Notes: generated by a model from the sequence alone, not told the origin. Numbered from the stretch's first letter, positions 1-7,469 are shown. The stretch is DNA of 12,206 nt from Thermoproteota archaeon (GCA_049700215.1 JBNAVT010000042.1:1-12206); one strand, 5' to 3'. Translations and numbers: made by a program.

Positions 1-2977
1 GAGCACGCTCGAATGGCTTTCCAAGATGGATAAAGAATTCCTCAGCCAGCACGCTGGCAACTTGATGGAGTACCTTGGGAGCCCACTGCTTAGGTTTAAG
101 CTTAATTCTCTACTGGGGCTTAGCCCCGAGGAAGCGCTGAGCCTCTCACAGAACGTTGGCGGAGATTTTCAACAAATGCTTCGTTTAGCTGAGTTCAGGC
201 AGGCATTCGAGCAGTTCTCAAAGCTAGGCCCGGATATTGCGGGGATACTCAGCATAAGCGGTAATGGAATAGAGGTTGGTGTTGAGGAAAGCCTTGCAGT
301 CAAGCTTTACCCCAATATCCAGAGGGGCACCGTCGTTGAATTCGAGTTCGCCAAGGGAAGCATAGTCCTCAAAGGCTTGCTGGCCTACGCTGGTGAAAGA
401 ACTCTGGGAGAAAGCGATTACATGGTTTTCGAGTTCAAGGCTGAGGAGCGCATACCCGCTGTTTTCGAGCTCCTTAAAGAAGACCTTCAAAGCGTCAAGG
501 TTGTCCCGGGGCAGCAGGCTGAGAAAACATTCGGGTTCAACGCTTTCAGCCTCTCAGACGGAAAGCTCAGCATGGATAAGGGAAGCCTGAGCATGGACGG
601 CTCAGTGAGGTTCGGCGACGGAATGGTCCTCAGGCTAGAAGACCCCTCAATCAGGCTTGTGCCAAGCGAGAACCCGTTTGAAACGGGGGAGCTGAACAAA
701 ATGCTACTCGGCGGAAGAATAAGTGGGACGAGCATACTCATCGGCGAGGACGGTGGGGTTAAAGCATTCTACGGGGGAAGCTATCTACCTGCGGTTGTGA
801 CAGCAAGCACGCTGGGGCTCCAGCTCGGGCTTTTAGCTAAGCCAAGCGGGGAAACGCTGACGATAACCCAGATGGATCTGGCTCAGAGGGGCGTAGCCGA
901 CTCAGGTCTCTTAAACATCGTCTACCCGAGCGGGGAAACGTCGACGATCATCTACACCGGCAAGGACCTTCAAACACCATTATTCTCATACTCCTCAGGT
1001 GCATTCGTAGGGATCCAAGCGGTTGAGACAAGAGTAGTGTGGACTGGCGTCGATAGGAAAGCGTTCTACACTCAAATAGCTAGCGTAAGCGAGCTCTTAG
1101 CAGGCATCCTAGGAACGGGTTTCAAGGAGGAGCTTGTTAAAACGGTTCTGCTCAGCGGCCTAACTGACTCGCAGGCACTGGATGTAGTAAACACTTTGGC
1201 GAAGAACGTTGAGTGGATTAAGACGTTAAGCGGAAAGGGCAGAGTTGAAGCAGTCAGAAAAATAACGGACTATGTTAAGAAAGGGGAGACGGCTGAAGAA
1301 GCCGCCAAGAGGGTTAAGGGGGAGAGCGAGGAGTACGTCAAGACCCTTGAGCTTGAGATAGCAGGGTTCTGCAGCTCCATCTCCGACACCATGCTCGCGA
1401 ACGAGGTTGAGGACTTTCTGAGACACGTTCTGAACACCCTTGGGCCCGATGGTGCGAAATGGCTCCTGAACCTTCTTAGGAACGTTTACTATGGAGCATT
1501 AACCCAGTCTCACGGCAATAGCGAGTTTGCGAACGATAAGCTTAGAAGCGTTGTTGAAAAGGTGTTCAAGTACCCCGAGAGCAAGTCGCACGGCTGCAGG
1601 CTGACCTCCGTTAAAACGTTGCAGCTGATGAGCCTTGAGGAGGAAACTCTAAGGAGAATACTGGAGGAGTCTCTAAGCTCAGAGGGCGAGGAGATAGTAG
1701 TCGACAGGTTTGAGAAAACAATACCCGAGTCTGGACGTGTAAGAGGCAGGGAGAAGCTTGAAAAAGGCCTCTACCTGGTTAGGGTGACTAGGAAGGAGGA
1801 TGGAAAGGTATTCGAATGGTCGAGCAGGAAGGATGAGGACAGCGATGTCTTCAACACTTGGGTTCCCGAGAGATTTTTGAAGGAGCTAGCCGGAAAAGAA
1901 GTGGAAATAGCCATTGTCAAATACGATTACTCACTACACTTCAAATCCAAAGGCTCAAACCTCTACTTCAGCCCTGGGGAGGGGTTAACTGTTGAGGGAA
2001 AGGAGATAGAGTTAGAGAGGGTTGAGCCGCAGAGCTGGAGCGAGAGGCACGGAGCATCAATGATGGTTAAGCTTGCAGAAAGGAGCACATACGGGGCTGA
2101 AATATACCTCATGTTCTTCGAGGACGGAGACTTCGGCGTTCTTTTCGGAGAATACACAGATAAAGGAGCACGTAATGTTGCATTGAGCGTTGAGGGAAAC
2201 CTGCTGATAATAGAGTACGAAGGACATAAGTCAATCGTCCCGATCGTCGTACAAGAATGGAAGGAAGGGGAGAAGTATTACCTTAACATTCCATTAGAAG
2301 AACGAGGAAGGATTAGGCTGGTTGAGGAGCTGAGGAAAATATTCGGATACTACAATGTTGAAGAACTGAGGAAAAAGATTGGAGAAGGCGAGCTGATGCT
2401 GGTAGCGTACTTCGACAACGGTAGGCGTGCTTTCTGTGGCACTGGGAGGCTTGAGATCAACGTGCCTGAAGGTGCTGAAACATTAAAATACGTTGAAATT
2501 TTGTCTCGCCCCGAATTCTCATGCTCAGAAAATCTGAGCGATGAAAAAGTTGAAGAGATAAAGAAAGCTTCCAAAGCAATGGTGGGGAAATATGGGAGGG
2601 ACGTGGCTAAAGCATACGTGCAGGATGGCCAGATCGCTGAAATTGGAAAAGCGGAATTCATAAGAAAGGAGGTTAAAATTAAAGTTGTGGATGAAAGAGT
2701 AGACCTGGTTTTCAAGACAGAGGACAATCGCCTCATAATCGTAGAGGTTAAATCGAGTAAAACTTCTGAAAAGGAACTGGCAGGTCATATTGTGGAAGGC
2801 TTAGAACAATTAGAGAGTTATAAAAACCATATTCAAGAATACGGCTTGGACTTAACTGAAGAAGGTCTGGGCATCGAGAAGGGAGAGAACATTAAGGCTT
2901 ACATAGTTGTCTACGTTTACTTCGACTTGGGGAATAAGGAGGTAAAAGTGGGATATGAACGGTTATCGAGTAGCTAA
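1..2977 (+). CDS. Large multidomain protein (5'-partial, about 990 aa visible) with C-terminal PD-(D/E)XK restriction-endonuclease-like nuclease domain; polymorphic-toxin-like
   Basis: The frame of the 26..2977 ORF is open back to the window edge (nt 2-25 = STLEWLSK, no stop). The C-terminus has RVDLVF (D893) ... IIVEVKS (E907, K909) ... GLEQLESY (Q928xxxY932), numbered from the ATG at 26. Stop TAA at 2975-2977. Confidence 0.8.
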   Translation, partial: STLEWLSKMDKEFLSQHAGNLMEYLGSPLLRFKLNSLLGLSPEEALSLSQNVGGDFQQMLRLAEFRQAFEQFSKLGPDIAGILSISGNGIEVGVEESLAVKLYPNIQRGTVVEFEFAKGSIVLKGLLAYAGERTLGESDYMVFEFKAEERIPAVFELLKEDLQSVKVVPGQQAEKTFGFNAFSLSDGKLSMDKGSLSMDGSVRFGDGMVLRLEDPSIRLVPSENPFETGELNKMLLGGRISGTSILIGEDGGVKAFYGGSYLPAVVTASTLGLQLGLLAKPSGETLTITQMDLAQRGVADSGLLNIVYPSGETSTIIYTGKDLQTPLFSYSSGAFVGIQAVETRVVWTGVDRKAFYTQIASVSELLAGILGTGFKEELVKTVLLSGLTDSQALDVVNTLAKNVEWIKTLSGKGRVEAVRKITDYVKKGETAEEAAKRVKGESEEYVKTLELEIAGFCSSISDTMLANEVEDFLRHVLNTLGPDGAKWLLNLLRNVYYGALTQSHGNSEFANDKLRSVVEKVFKYPESKSHGCRLTSVKTLQLMSLEEETLRRILEESLSSEGEEIVVDRFEKTIPESGRVRGREKLEKGLYLVRVTRKEDGKVFEWSSRKDEDSDVFNTWVPERFLKELAGKEVEIAIVKYDYSLHFKSKGSNLYFSPGEGLTVEGKEIELERVEPQSWSERHGASMMVKLAERSTYGAEIYLMFFEDGDFGVLFGEYTDKGARNVALSVEGNLLIIEYEGHKSIVPIVVQEWKEGEKYYLNIPLEERGRIRLVEELRKIFGYYNVEELRKKIGEGELMLVAYFDNGRRAFCGTGRLEINVPEGAETLKYVEILSRPEFSCSENLSDEKVEEIKKASKAMVGKYGRDVAKAYVQDGQIAEIGKAEFIRKEVKIKVVDERVDLVFKTEDNRLIIVEVKSSKTSEKELAGHIVEGLEQLESYKNHIQEYGLDLTEEGLGIEKGENIKAYIVVYVYFDLGNKEVKVGYERLSSS

Positions 2978-3630
2978 AGGATAGTCAACGGGAACTTCCA
3001 GCCCCTCTCCTTCTTCAGCCTCTCGGCTTCCTCCTTCGTTAATACGACAACCATTATAAATCCATCTTCAATCTGATAGTATTGGTAGCCTGTGTCTTCG
3101 ATGATATCGTTCAACTGCTCCAAACCCATGTCCTCGATGTAATCGTATCGTAGGGCAATCTCAATAGCATGCCTCTTGCCCTCGAAATCGAAGCTAACCT
3201 CCTGTATTGACCATTTCGTTCCTCCGGGCGTCAGCCACCTCGAGCTTATATTCGTAGGCTGGAAAACACCCCTAGATATCCTTGCAAGCCTCTTCAAGAT
3301 AACCGTCCCCATTTCACTATCTATGTTCGTTTCAACGTCTTCCACTATAACCCTCTTAGTGTCGAAGGGTATCAATTCGCGATCTATTTCGAAATCGCTC
3401 GCTTTCATCCAGCGTCCCCTGTGCTCATAAATGTCCACAATTATGTACTTTCCATGCGGATGTAAATGTCCCTCCTTTTCACATAGCCAGCCAAGTGGAT
3501 AACCGATCTCGCCCTCAAGAATCTTCTCAAGAATCTCCTCCGAAGACGAATTGGAATAGTCTTGAAAGAAACCCATCTGGCGAAGATACTCCATCGAATC
3601 CACGAACCGCTTTCTAAGCTTATGGTTCAT
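2974..3630 (-). CDS. Acidic cytoplasmic hypothetical protein (218 aa), candidate immunity protein
   Basis: The track start at 3798 lies inside tRNA-Lys, so the real start is more likely ATG 3630 (MNHKLRKRF; GTG 3633 is an alternative), about 25 nt below a TATA-like CTTAAAA. No signal peptide or TM segment. Its end overlaps the end of the large gene by 4 nt. Confidence 0.75.
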   Translation of the reverse strand: MNHKLRKRFVDSMEYLRQMGFFQDYSNSSSEEILEKILEGEIGYPLGWLCEKEGHLHPHGKYIIVDIYEHRGRWMKASDFEIDRELIPFDTKRVIVEDVETNIDSEMGTVILKRLARISRGVFQPTNISSRWLTPGGTKWSIQEVSFDFEGKRHAIEIALRYDYIEDMGLEQLNDIIEDTGYQYYQIEDGFIMVVVLTKEEAERLKKERGWKFPLTIL

Positions 3631-3654
3631 CACACTATTATTCAAACCAGGGCA

Positions 3655-3667
3655 TTTTAAGCATAAC
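3655..3667 (-). promoter_or_regulatory. TATA-like element for the 3630 gene (leaderless transcript)
   Basis: Minus strand GTTATGCTTAAAA sits about 25 nt upstream of ATG 3630. Confidence 0.4.
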
Positions 3668-3717
3668 TGTGAATTCGAAAAGAGCAAGCGCAGTACGTAT
3701 GTTATGGAAGCGCGCGC

Positions 3718-3751
3718 TAAATAAAAAGACCGAATTAGTGTGCCACTAGTT
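3718..3751 (-). terminator. Hairpin plus oligo-T tract downstream of tRNA-Lys
   Basis: Minus strand reads AACTAGTG-GCA-CACTAATT followed by CGGTCTTTTTATTT. Confidence 0.45.
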
Positions 3752-3768
3752 GGGAGATAAGAATCACG

Positions 3769-3843
3769 CGGACCCGGCGGGAATTGAACCCGCAACATCT
3801 AGGTTAAAAGCCTAGCGCTCTAACCAGGTTGAGCTACGGGTCC
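3769..3843 (-). tRNA. tRNA-Lys(UUU), intronless, CCA not encoded
   Basis: GGACCCG TA GCTC AACCTGGTTA GAGC G CTAGG CT-TTT-AA CCTAG ATGTT GCGGG TTCAATT CCCGC CGGGTCC G. All four stems pair. Confidence 0.97.
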
Positions 3844-3867
3844 TCGCTTGCTCAGTGTTCCAGGGTG

Positions 3868-3883
3868 GATAAAAATATTTCCT
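3868..3883 (-). promoter_or_regulatory. BRE/TATA promoter of tRNA-Lys
   Basis: Minus strand AGGAAATATTTTTATC lies about 25-40 nt upstream of the mature 5' end. Confidence 0.5.
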
Positions 3884-3941
3884 TTAAACCGTTTTCAACC
3901 GTTAATCTAGACTTCTTGAAGGTTCACAATACTTTTTCCTT

Positions 3942-4484
3942 CTATGCTCTCTTTCTAAGGATTTCTTGGAAAAACTCGTCTAACTCTTCAAGCCTTCTTA
4001 TCGCAGGATGGTCTGCACCCAGCTTATTCTTGAAGTATTTCAGGGTCTCCGCGAACTCTACTCTCCTGTCGCCGTCTACAAGCTTGTCAGCGTAGCAGAC
4101 TATTTTCTCCTCGATAGTCTCGGGGATCAGGCTTACAGAGCCTAGTTTCAGCTTCACAGCCTCCTCCTCACTTATTCCTGCTCCCACGTGTCTCTCAACT
4201 ATTTTCGCAAGCCTCTCGTCCAGCTTCCTCCTCCTCACTATTTGCCCGCCTATTACTCCGTGTGAAACATCGTGGGTAACTGCTCTCCCAATATCGTGGA
4301 GCAGTGCTCCTGCTGCAACCAGCTTCTTATCAACACGGTATCCTTTCGACTCTACTTTGCCAGCTAAGTCTTTAGCCATCTCGCTGACTTTCAAGACGTG
4401 TCTAAGAACATTGCTGTTAACTCCTTCCTCTAAAAGAATCTCCACGCATTTCTCCTCACTCGGTATTCTACTCTTTCTCTTCAT
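3942..4484 (-). CDS. HDIG-type HD-superfamily metal-dependent phosphohydrolase (TIGR00295-like)
   Basis: Motifs: LRHVLKV, GALLHDIGR, HGVIGG, ERHVGAG, EEKIVCYADKL. ATG 4484 (TTG 4490 is an alternative). It follows tfe, a common archaeal arrangement. Confidence 0.92.
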   Translation of the reverse strand: MKRKSRIPSEEKCVEILLEEGVNSNVLRHVLKVSEMAKDLAGKVESKGYRVDKKLVAAGALLHDIGRAVTHDVSHGVIGGQIVRRRKLDERLAKIVERHVGAGISEEEAVKLKLGSVSLIPETIEEKIVCYADKLVDGDRRVEFAETLKYFKNKLGADHPAIRRLEELDEFFQEILRKRA

Positions 4485-4995
4485 TTTCAATTGTTTTTAT
4501 CAGCGTATTCAGCTTCCTCAAGTATTCCTCCTTATCCATTCTGAACAAGGGTTCGCCGCACACGGGGCATTTGAAAAGGTTTTCAACAGCCTCGTCGAAA
4601 ACAAGTATTTTATGACCCTCCTTCCCACAATGGTAGAGCTCATTACCCTCGACGAAGGCAAGTTTCTCTCTGAGCTTCTGCAGAATCATCCTCCTGTAGT
4701 TTGTAGCTATCCCCTCAACCTGGTCTATGAGCGGCATCCATAGGAATATACTCTTTATCCTATCCCCTTCCTCCTTCTTCAATTCCTCGTAGGTTATCAA
4801 AGCCTTCTCGTAAAGCTTGAAAAGTATTTTCCTAACGTCTCCCACTCTCAACCCGGTTTTAGAGGATATCTGCTCCTCGCTCGCCTTCTTAAGCTGTATC
4901 AATGCCTCCGCAACCTCTATCGCCTCATCCCCCCCTATCAGGCCTACGATCTGCGTGTAAAGATGACTTATGGCGTCAAACCTATCCTCGCCCAA
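4468..4995 (-). CDS. tfe: Transcription factor E (TFE-alpha)
   Basis: Winged helix (SEEQISSKTGLRVGDVRKILFKLYE) plus zinc ribbon (YHCGKEGH...FDEAVENLFKCPVCGEPL). TTG start with GGAGGAG ribosome-binding site at about 5001-5008. Confidence 0.95.
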   Translation of the reverse strand: MGEDRFDAISHLYTQIVGLIGGDEAIEVAEALIQLKKASEEQISSKTGLRVGDVRKILFKLYEKALITYEELKKEEGDRIKSIFLWMPLIDQVEGIATNYRRMILQKLREKLAFVEGNELYHCGKEGHKILVFDEAVENLFKCPVCGEPLFRMDKEEYLRKLNTLIKTIENEEKE

Positions 4996-5557
4996 CTTTC
5001 TCCTCCTCCTTATAAAGCGGGTTCCTACATATTACTTTTCCCCTAGGCGAGGGAACCACGAAGACCCTTGCCTTATAATGCTGCAGATAGAGCTCCCTAC
5101 CCTTGAAAAACCTGTCTAAGAATATTGCGAGCGCAGCTATCTCTGAATGAGGCTGGTTTGTTATCGCAACATTATAGTCGGAGACTTCGTAGGCCTCGCG
5201 GGGAACCTTCCGGCCACCGATTATCACTAGGAGCCTGCTCACCCCTCTGACGTGCTCAATAACGTTTTCAACAGGCATGCCGTACATCGTGAGGTGGACG
5301 ACCAGGCTCCCCCTGCTCCTCCACTCCTCAACCGTTTTCAACCAGTTTCCACTGTAGTCAATGCTTATTCTTCCACCCCAATCCCTAACAATCCTCCTGG
5401 CTTTCTCCTCAAGCTTAGAATCCCTGTCCCCGTGAATGATGAATGATGTTGCCCCGAAGGCTCTTGAAACAAGGAAAGCATGCATAGTCACCCTCTTATC
5501 CCTGAATATCCTGTGGCCGAGACGGAGAACCCCTATTTCGCAATACTCCTGCATCAT
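4982..5557 (-). CDS. trm56: tRNA (cytidine(56)-2'-O)-methyltransferase aTrm56 (SPOUT)
   Basis: Motifs: VLRLGHRIFRDKRVT-H, VHLTMYG, IIGGRKVP, VAITNQPHSEIAALAIFLDR. Confidence 0.96.
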   Translation of the reverse strand: MMQEYCEIGVLRLGHRIFRDKRVTMHAFLVSRAFGATSFIIHGDRDSKLEEKARRIVRDWGGRISIDYSGNWLKTVEEWRSRGSLVVHLTMYGMPVENVIEHVRGVSRLLVIIGGRKVPREAYEVSDYNVAITNQPHSEIAALAIFLDRFFKGRELYLQHYKARVFVVPSPRGKVICRNPLYKEEEKVGRG

Positions 5558-5565
5558 GCCCAGAA

Positions 5566-6111
5566 CTAGCCTCTCACTGTTTCCTCAACCTCGTCGCGCA
5601 GGATGTCCCCCAGGGTTAAGGTTGAGGAAGGCTTCTTGACGATGTGCTTAGCTGGGAGCGCCTCTCCCTGCACAGAACTCGTCTTAAGCAGCTTTATTTT
5701 TAAAGCGTCCTCAATCTTCCTAGTGTCAACTACCGAGGGAGTTATTCTACCAGACTCTATCTTCTTTATAAGAGAGGTTTTCAAACCGGTTTTCTCCCCC
5801 AGGTCCTCCTCGCTCCAGCCGAGCTCCCTCCTCCTATTCTTAATAAGCTCCCTGAAATTGGCTACAAGCTCCACGGACTCTGCTAGAGAAACGTTTTCAA
5901 CACGGCTCTTCGCCTCAACCTTCTTAACTGCAACAGGTTTAGCAGCCACCGTTTTCTTCACCACTTTTCCACCGGGCTTAGCAAAAACGCTTTCAACAGG
6001 AGCCTTCTTAGTAAGGGTGGCGAAACAATCCGGGCAAACATTCATAATACTGCCCTCAACAACCACTCTCCTAAGCTTCGGCGCCCTTTCCCCACATATC
6101 TCGCACACCAT
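5566..6111 (-). CDS. mbf1: Archaeal multiprotein bridging factor aMBF1
   Basis: N-terminal zinc ribbon CEICG...VEGSIMNVCPDC; HTH RRRELGWSEEDLG...IKKIESG; C-terminal TLTLGD motif. Confidence 0.95.
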   Translation of the reverse strand: MVCEICGERAPKLRRVVVEGSIMNVCPDCFATLTKKAPVESVFAKPGGKVVKKTVAAKPVAVKKVEAKSRVENVSLAESVELVANFRELIKNRRRELGWSEEDLGEKTGLKTSLIKKIESGRITPSVVDTRKIEDALKIKLLKTSSVQGEALPAKHIVKKPSSTLTLGDILRDEVEETVRG

Positions 6112-6157
6112 TTTTAAAGACCCTAGGAAAACACGGGGAAGATAAATATGCCTTTCC

Positions 6158-6511
6158 CTAGCGGCCTGATTGGAGCAGAACTATTGCTTGAGCAATATCC
6201 CCCTCAGTCGTTATCAATGCTTTCCTGGCTTCCTCAACGCTCCTACCAGTCTGCTTCGCCACCAGCAGAACATCCTCCTCCAGCGGAACATACTCCTCCT
6301 TCTCCTTCTTCTCAACCACAGACTCCCCGATAACCTGGTATATCTCCTGGGCACCACCAACCATTTTAGTCACGGTCGGAGAGTCGAAAACAATCCTCTC
6401 GCTATCAGTCTCTATAACGACGCTTCTCACGCCCTGCAGCTCCTCAAGCCTTATTCCAAGCCTCTTGAGCAGACGCTCCTGCTCCCTCTTAGACCCGAAC
6501 CTCAGTCCCAT
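6158..6511 (-). CDS. nac: Nascent polypeptide-associated complex protein (aeNAC)
   Basis: NAC domain (LLKRLGI...IYQVIG) plus UBA-like tail (EEDVLLVAKQTG...EEARKAL...GDIAQAI). Confidence 0.95.
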   Translation of the reverse strand: MGLRFGSKREQERLLKRLGIRLEELQGVRSVVIETDSERIVFDSPTVTKMVGGAQEIYQVIGESVVEKKEKEEYVPLEEDVLLVAKQTGRSVEEARKALITTEGDIAQAIVLLQSGR

Positions 6512-6553
6512 CGCTACAGTTCACGATACTCTTCATCAGGCTCGGCTTAAACT

Positions 6554-6796
6554 TTACTTGGAGAAGCCCTCAATAGGCATCAGCGTAAGAGTATTCCTCA
6601 CACCCTCAATCTTCCTAATGTACCGGCTTATGAACTCCTTAAGCTTCTCACTGTTCTCAGCCTCAACCTTGGTAATAATATCGTAAACACCGAAAACAAT
6701 CCAGGACTCGACAACCCCAGGAGTCTCCTTAAGCCTATTCAGAACATCGTTCTCAGTCCCTATCTCAACGTTCATCAAAACATACGCGTGGACCAT
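6554..6796 (-). CDS. Stand-alone Lrp/AsnC ligand-binding (RAM) domain protein
   Basis: AYVLMNVEIG...VFGVYDIITKVE...IRKIEGVRNTLTL; 80 aa with no HTH. Confidence 0.92.
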   Translation of the reverse strand: MVHAYVLMNVEIGTENDVLNRLKETPGVVESWIVFGVYDIITKVEAENSEKLKEFISRYIRKIEGVRNTLTLMPIEGFSK

Positions 6797-6825
6797 TTCT
6801 CATCCAATGTTTAAACAGCGTAACT

Positions 6826-6843
6826 CCTTAATAAAACCTTCCC
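6826..6843 (-). promoter_or_regulatory. BRE/TATA promoter for the Lrp-nac-mbf1 block
   Basis: Minus strand GGGAAGGTTTTATTAAGG lies about 30 nt upstream of ATG 6796. Confidence 0.55.
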
Positions 6844-6945
6844 CACTCCCAATACTGCTTAAGCCTAACCAGGATTAAATAAACGTAAAACCCGCGAATA
6901 CCCGTTGAAAACACCAGGACAGCCAAACCAGCCGACTAACAAGAA

Positions 6946-6961
6946 CGAAAAACCTTAAAAA
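6946..6961 (+). promoter_or_regulatory. BRE/TATA promoter of tRNA-Trp
   Basis: CGAAAAAC-CTTAAAAA lies about 30 nt upstream of 6990. Confidence 0.6.
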
Positions 6962-6989
6962 TCCTCCTTTTAAAAGAAACAACGGGAGA

Positions 6990-7146
6990 GGGGCCATAGT
7001 CTAAAGTCTGACGGGACGGATAATCAGGCAGGACGGCGGGCTCCAGCCACATGCAGCTAGCGATCCCAGCGAGGGAGATGAGGAGAGGTTGGAGCTAGGA
7101 ATGTGAGAGATACCCGTGAATGGGCGTTCAAATCGCCCTGGCCCCA
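6990..7146 (+). tRNA. tRNA-Trp(CCA) with two introns: 7005-7023 (19 nt, position 15/16) and 7047-7111 (65 nt, position 37/38)
   Basis: Acceptor GGGGCCA/TGGCCCC+A; D-stem GTCT/GGAC; anticodon arm GCGGG CT-CCA-G|A CCCGT; T-arm GGGCG TTCAAAT CGCCC. Removing both introns gives a 73-nt cloverleaf, and both junctions form BHB-like motifs. Confidence 0.93.
7047..7111 (+). ncRNA. Intron-encoded box C/D-like guide RNA targeting C34 of tRNA-Trp
   Basis: Box C ATGAGGA (7078-7084). Guide GGTTGGAGCT (7087-7096) pairs with GGCTCCAGCC (7039-7048) using two G-U pairs. A degenerate D' box AGGA (7097-7100) puts C34 at the +5 position. Candidate D box GCGA (7060-7063) precedes a TCCC/GGGA stem. Confidence 0.65.
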
Positions 7147-7168
7147 CTCCTCATTTTGGGAGCGCACA

Positions 7169-7399
7169 CTAGCTAAAATCGCTCTGCCTCGCTTCTAATT
7201 TTGAATTCCATGACTTCACTTCAGCGAGTAAATGCAGGCTGAACAGCGTTATCTCTTCAAGGAGAGTATTTTTAACAGATCGCTTACTTTTAGCCTTGCT
7301 CAATTCTTCCCATGACTTCAACACTATCCTATCGCCCTCTAAAAACAATTGACCATCAGGCGTGTAGACCCTTCCCCCTATCTTGAAGCGATCAATCAC
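7169..7399 (-). CDS. Small hypothetical protein, possible degenerate AbrB/MazE-type antitoxin remnant
   Basis: 76-aa GTG-start ORF with a purine-rich upstream region. TPDGQL and LEGDRIVLK weakly resemble the two ends of an AbrB fold. Confidence 0.3.
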   Translation of the reverse strand: MIDRFKIGGRVYTPDGQLFLEGDRIVLKSWEELSKAKSKRSVKNTLLEEITLFSLHLLAEVKSWNSKLEARQSDFS

Positions 7400-7469
7400 C
7401 CCATCCTGTCATTTCCTCCCCCTTCTTCTGGTCTCCGAGCTTTATCGGCCAGTCTATCAACAGCCACGC

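Noticed and set aside
3708-3719. GCGCGCGC palindrome
   Set aside because: Short, low-complexity and single-copy.
3634-3798. N-terminal extension of ORF 2974..3798
   Set aside because: It starts within tRNA-Lys and crosses the tRNA terminator and the gene's own TATA-like element.
5603-6145. 180-aa plus-strand ORF and other antisense ORFs (224..490, 487..741, 2350..2736, 3176..3430, 4357..4743, 6170..6550, 8892..9239, 11005..11403, etc.)
   Set aside because: These are shadows of better-supported genes on the opposite strand and carry no recognisable motifs.
3942-6796. HD-tfe-trm56-mbf1-nac cluster as a novel system
   Set aside because: It is an ordinary archaeal information-processing gene neighbourhood.
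7006-7029. Alternative hairpin GTCTGA/TCAGGC as a retained, enlarged D-arm
   Set aside because: The BHB interpretation gives an exact canonical D-loop and a 73-nt tRNA.
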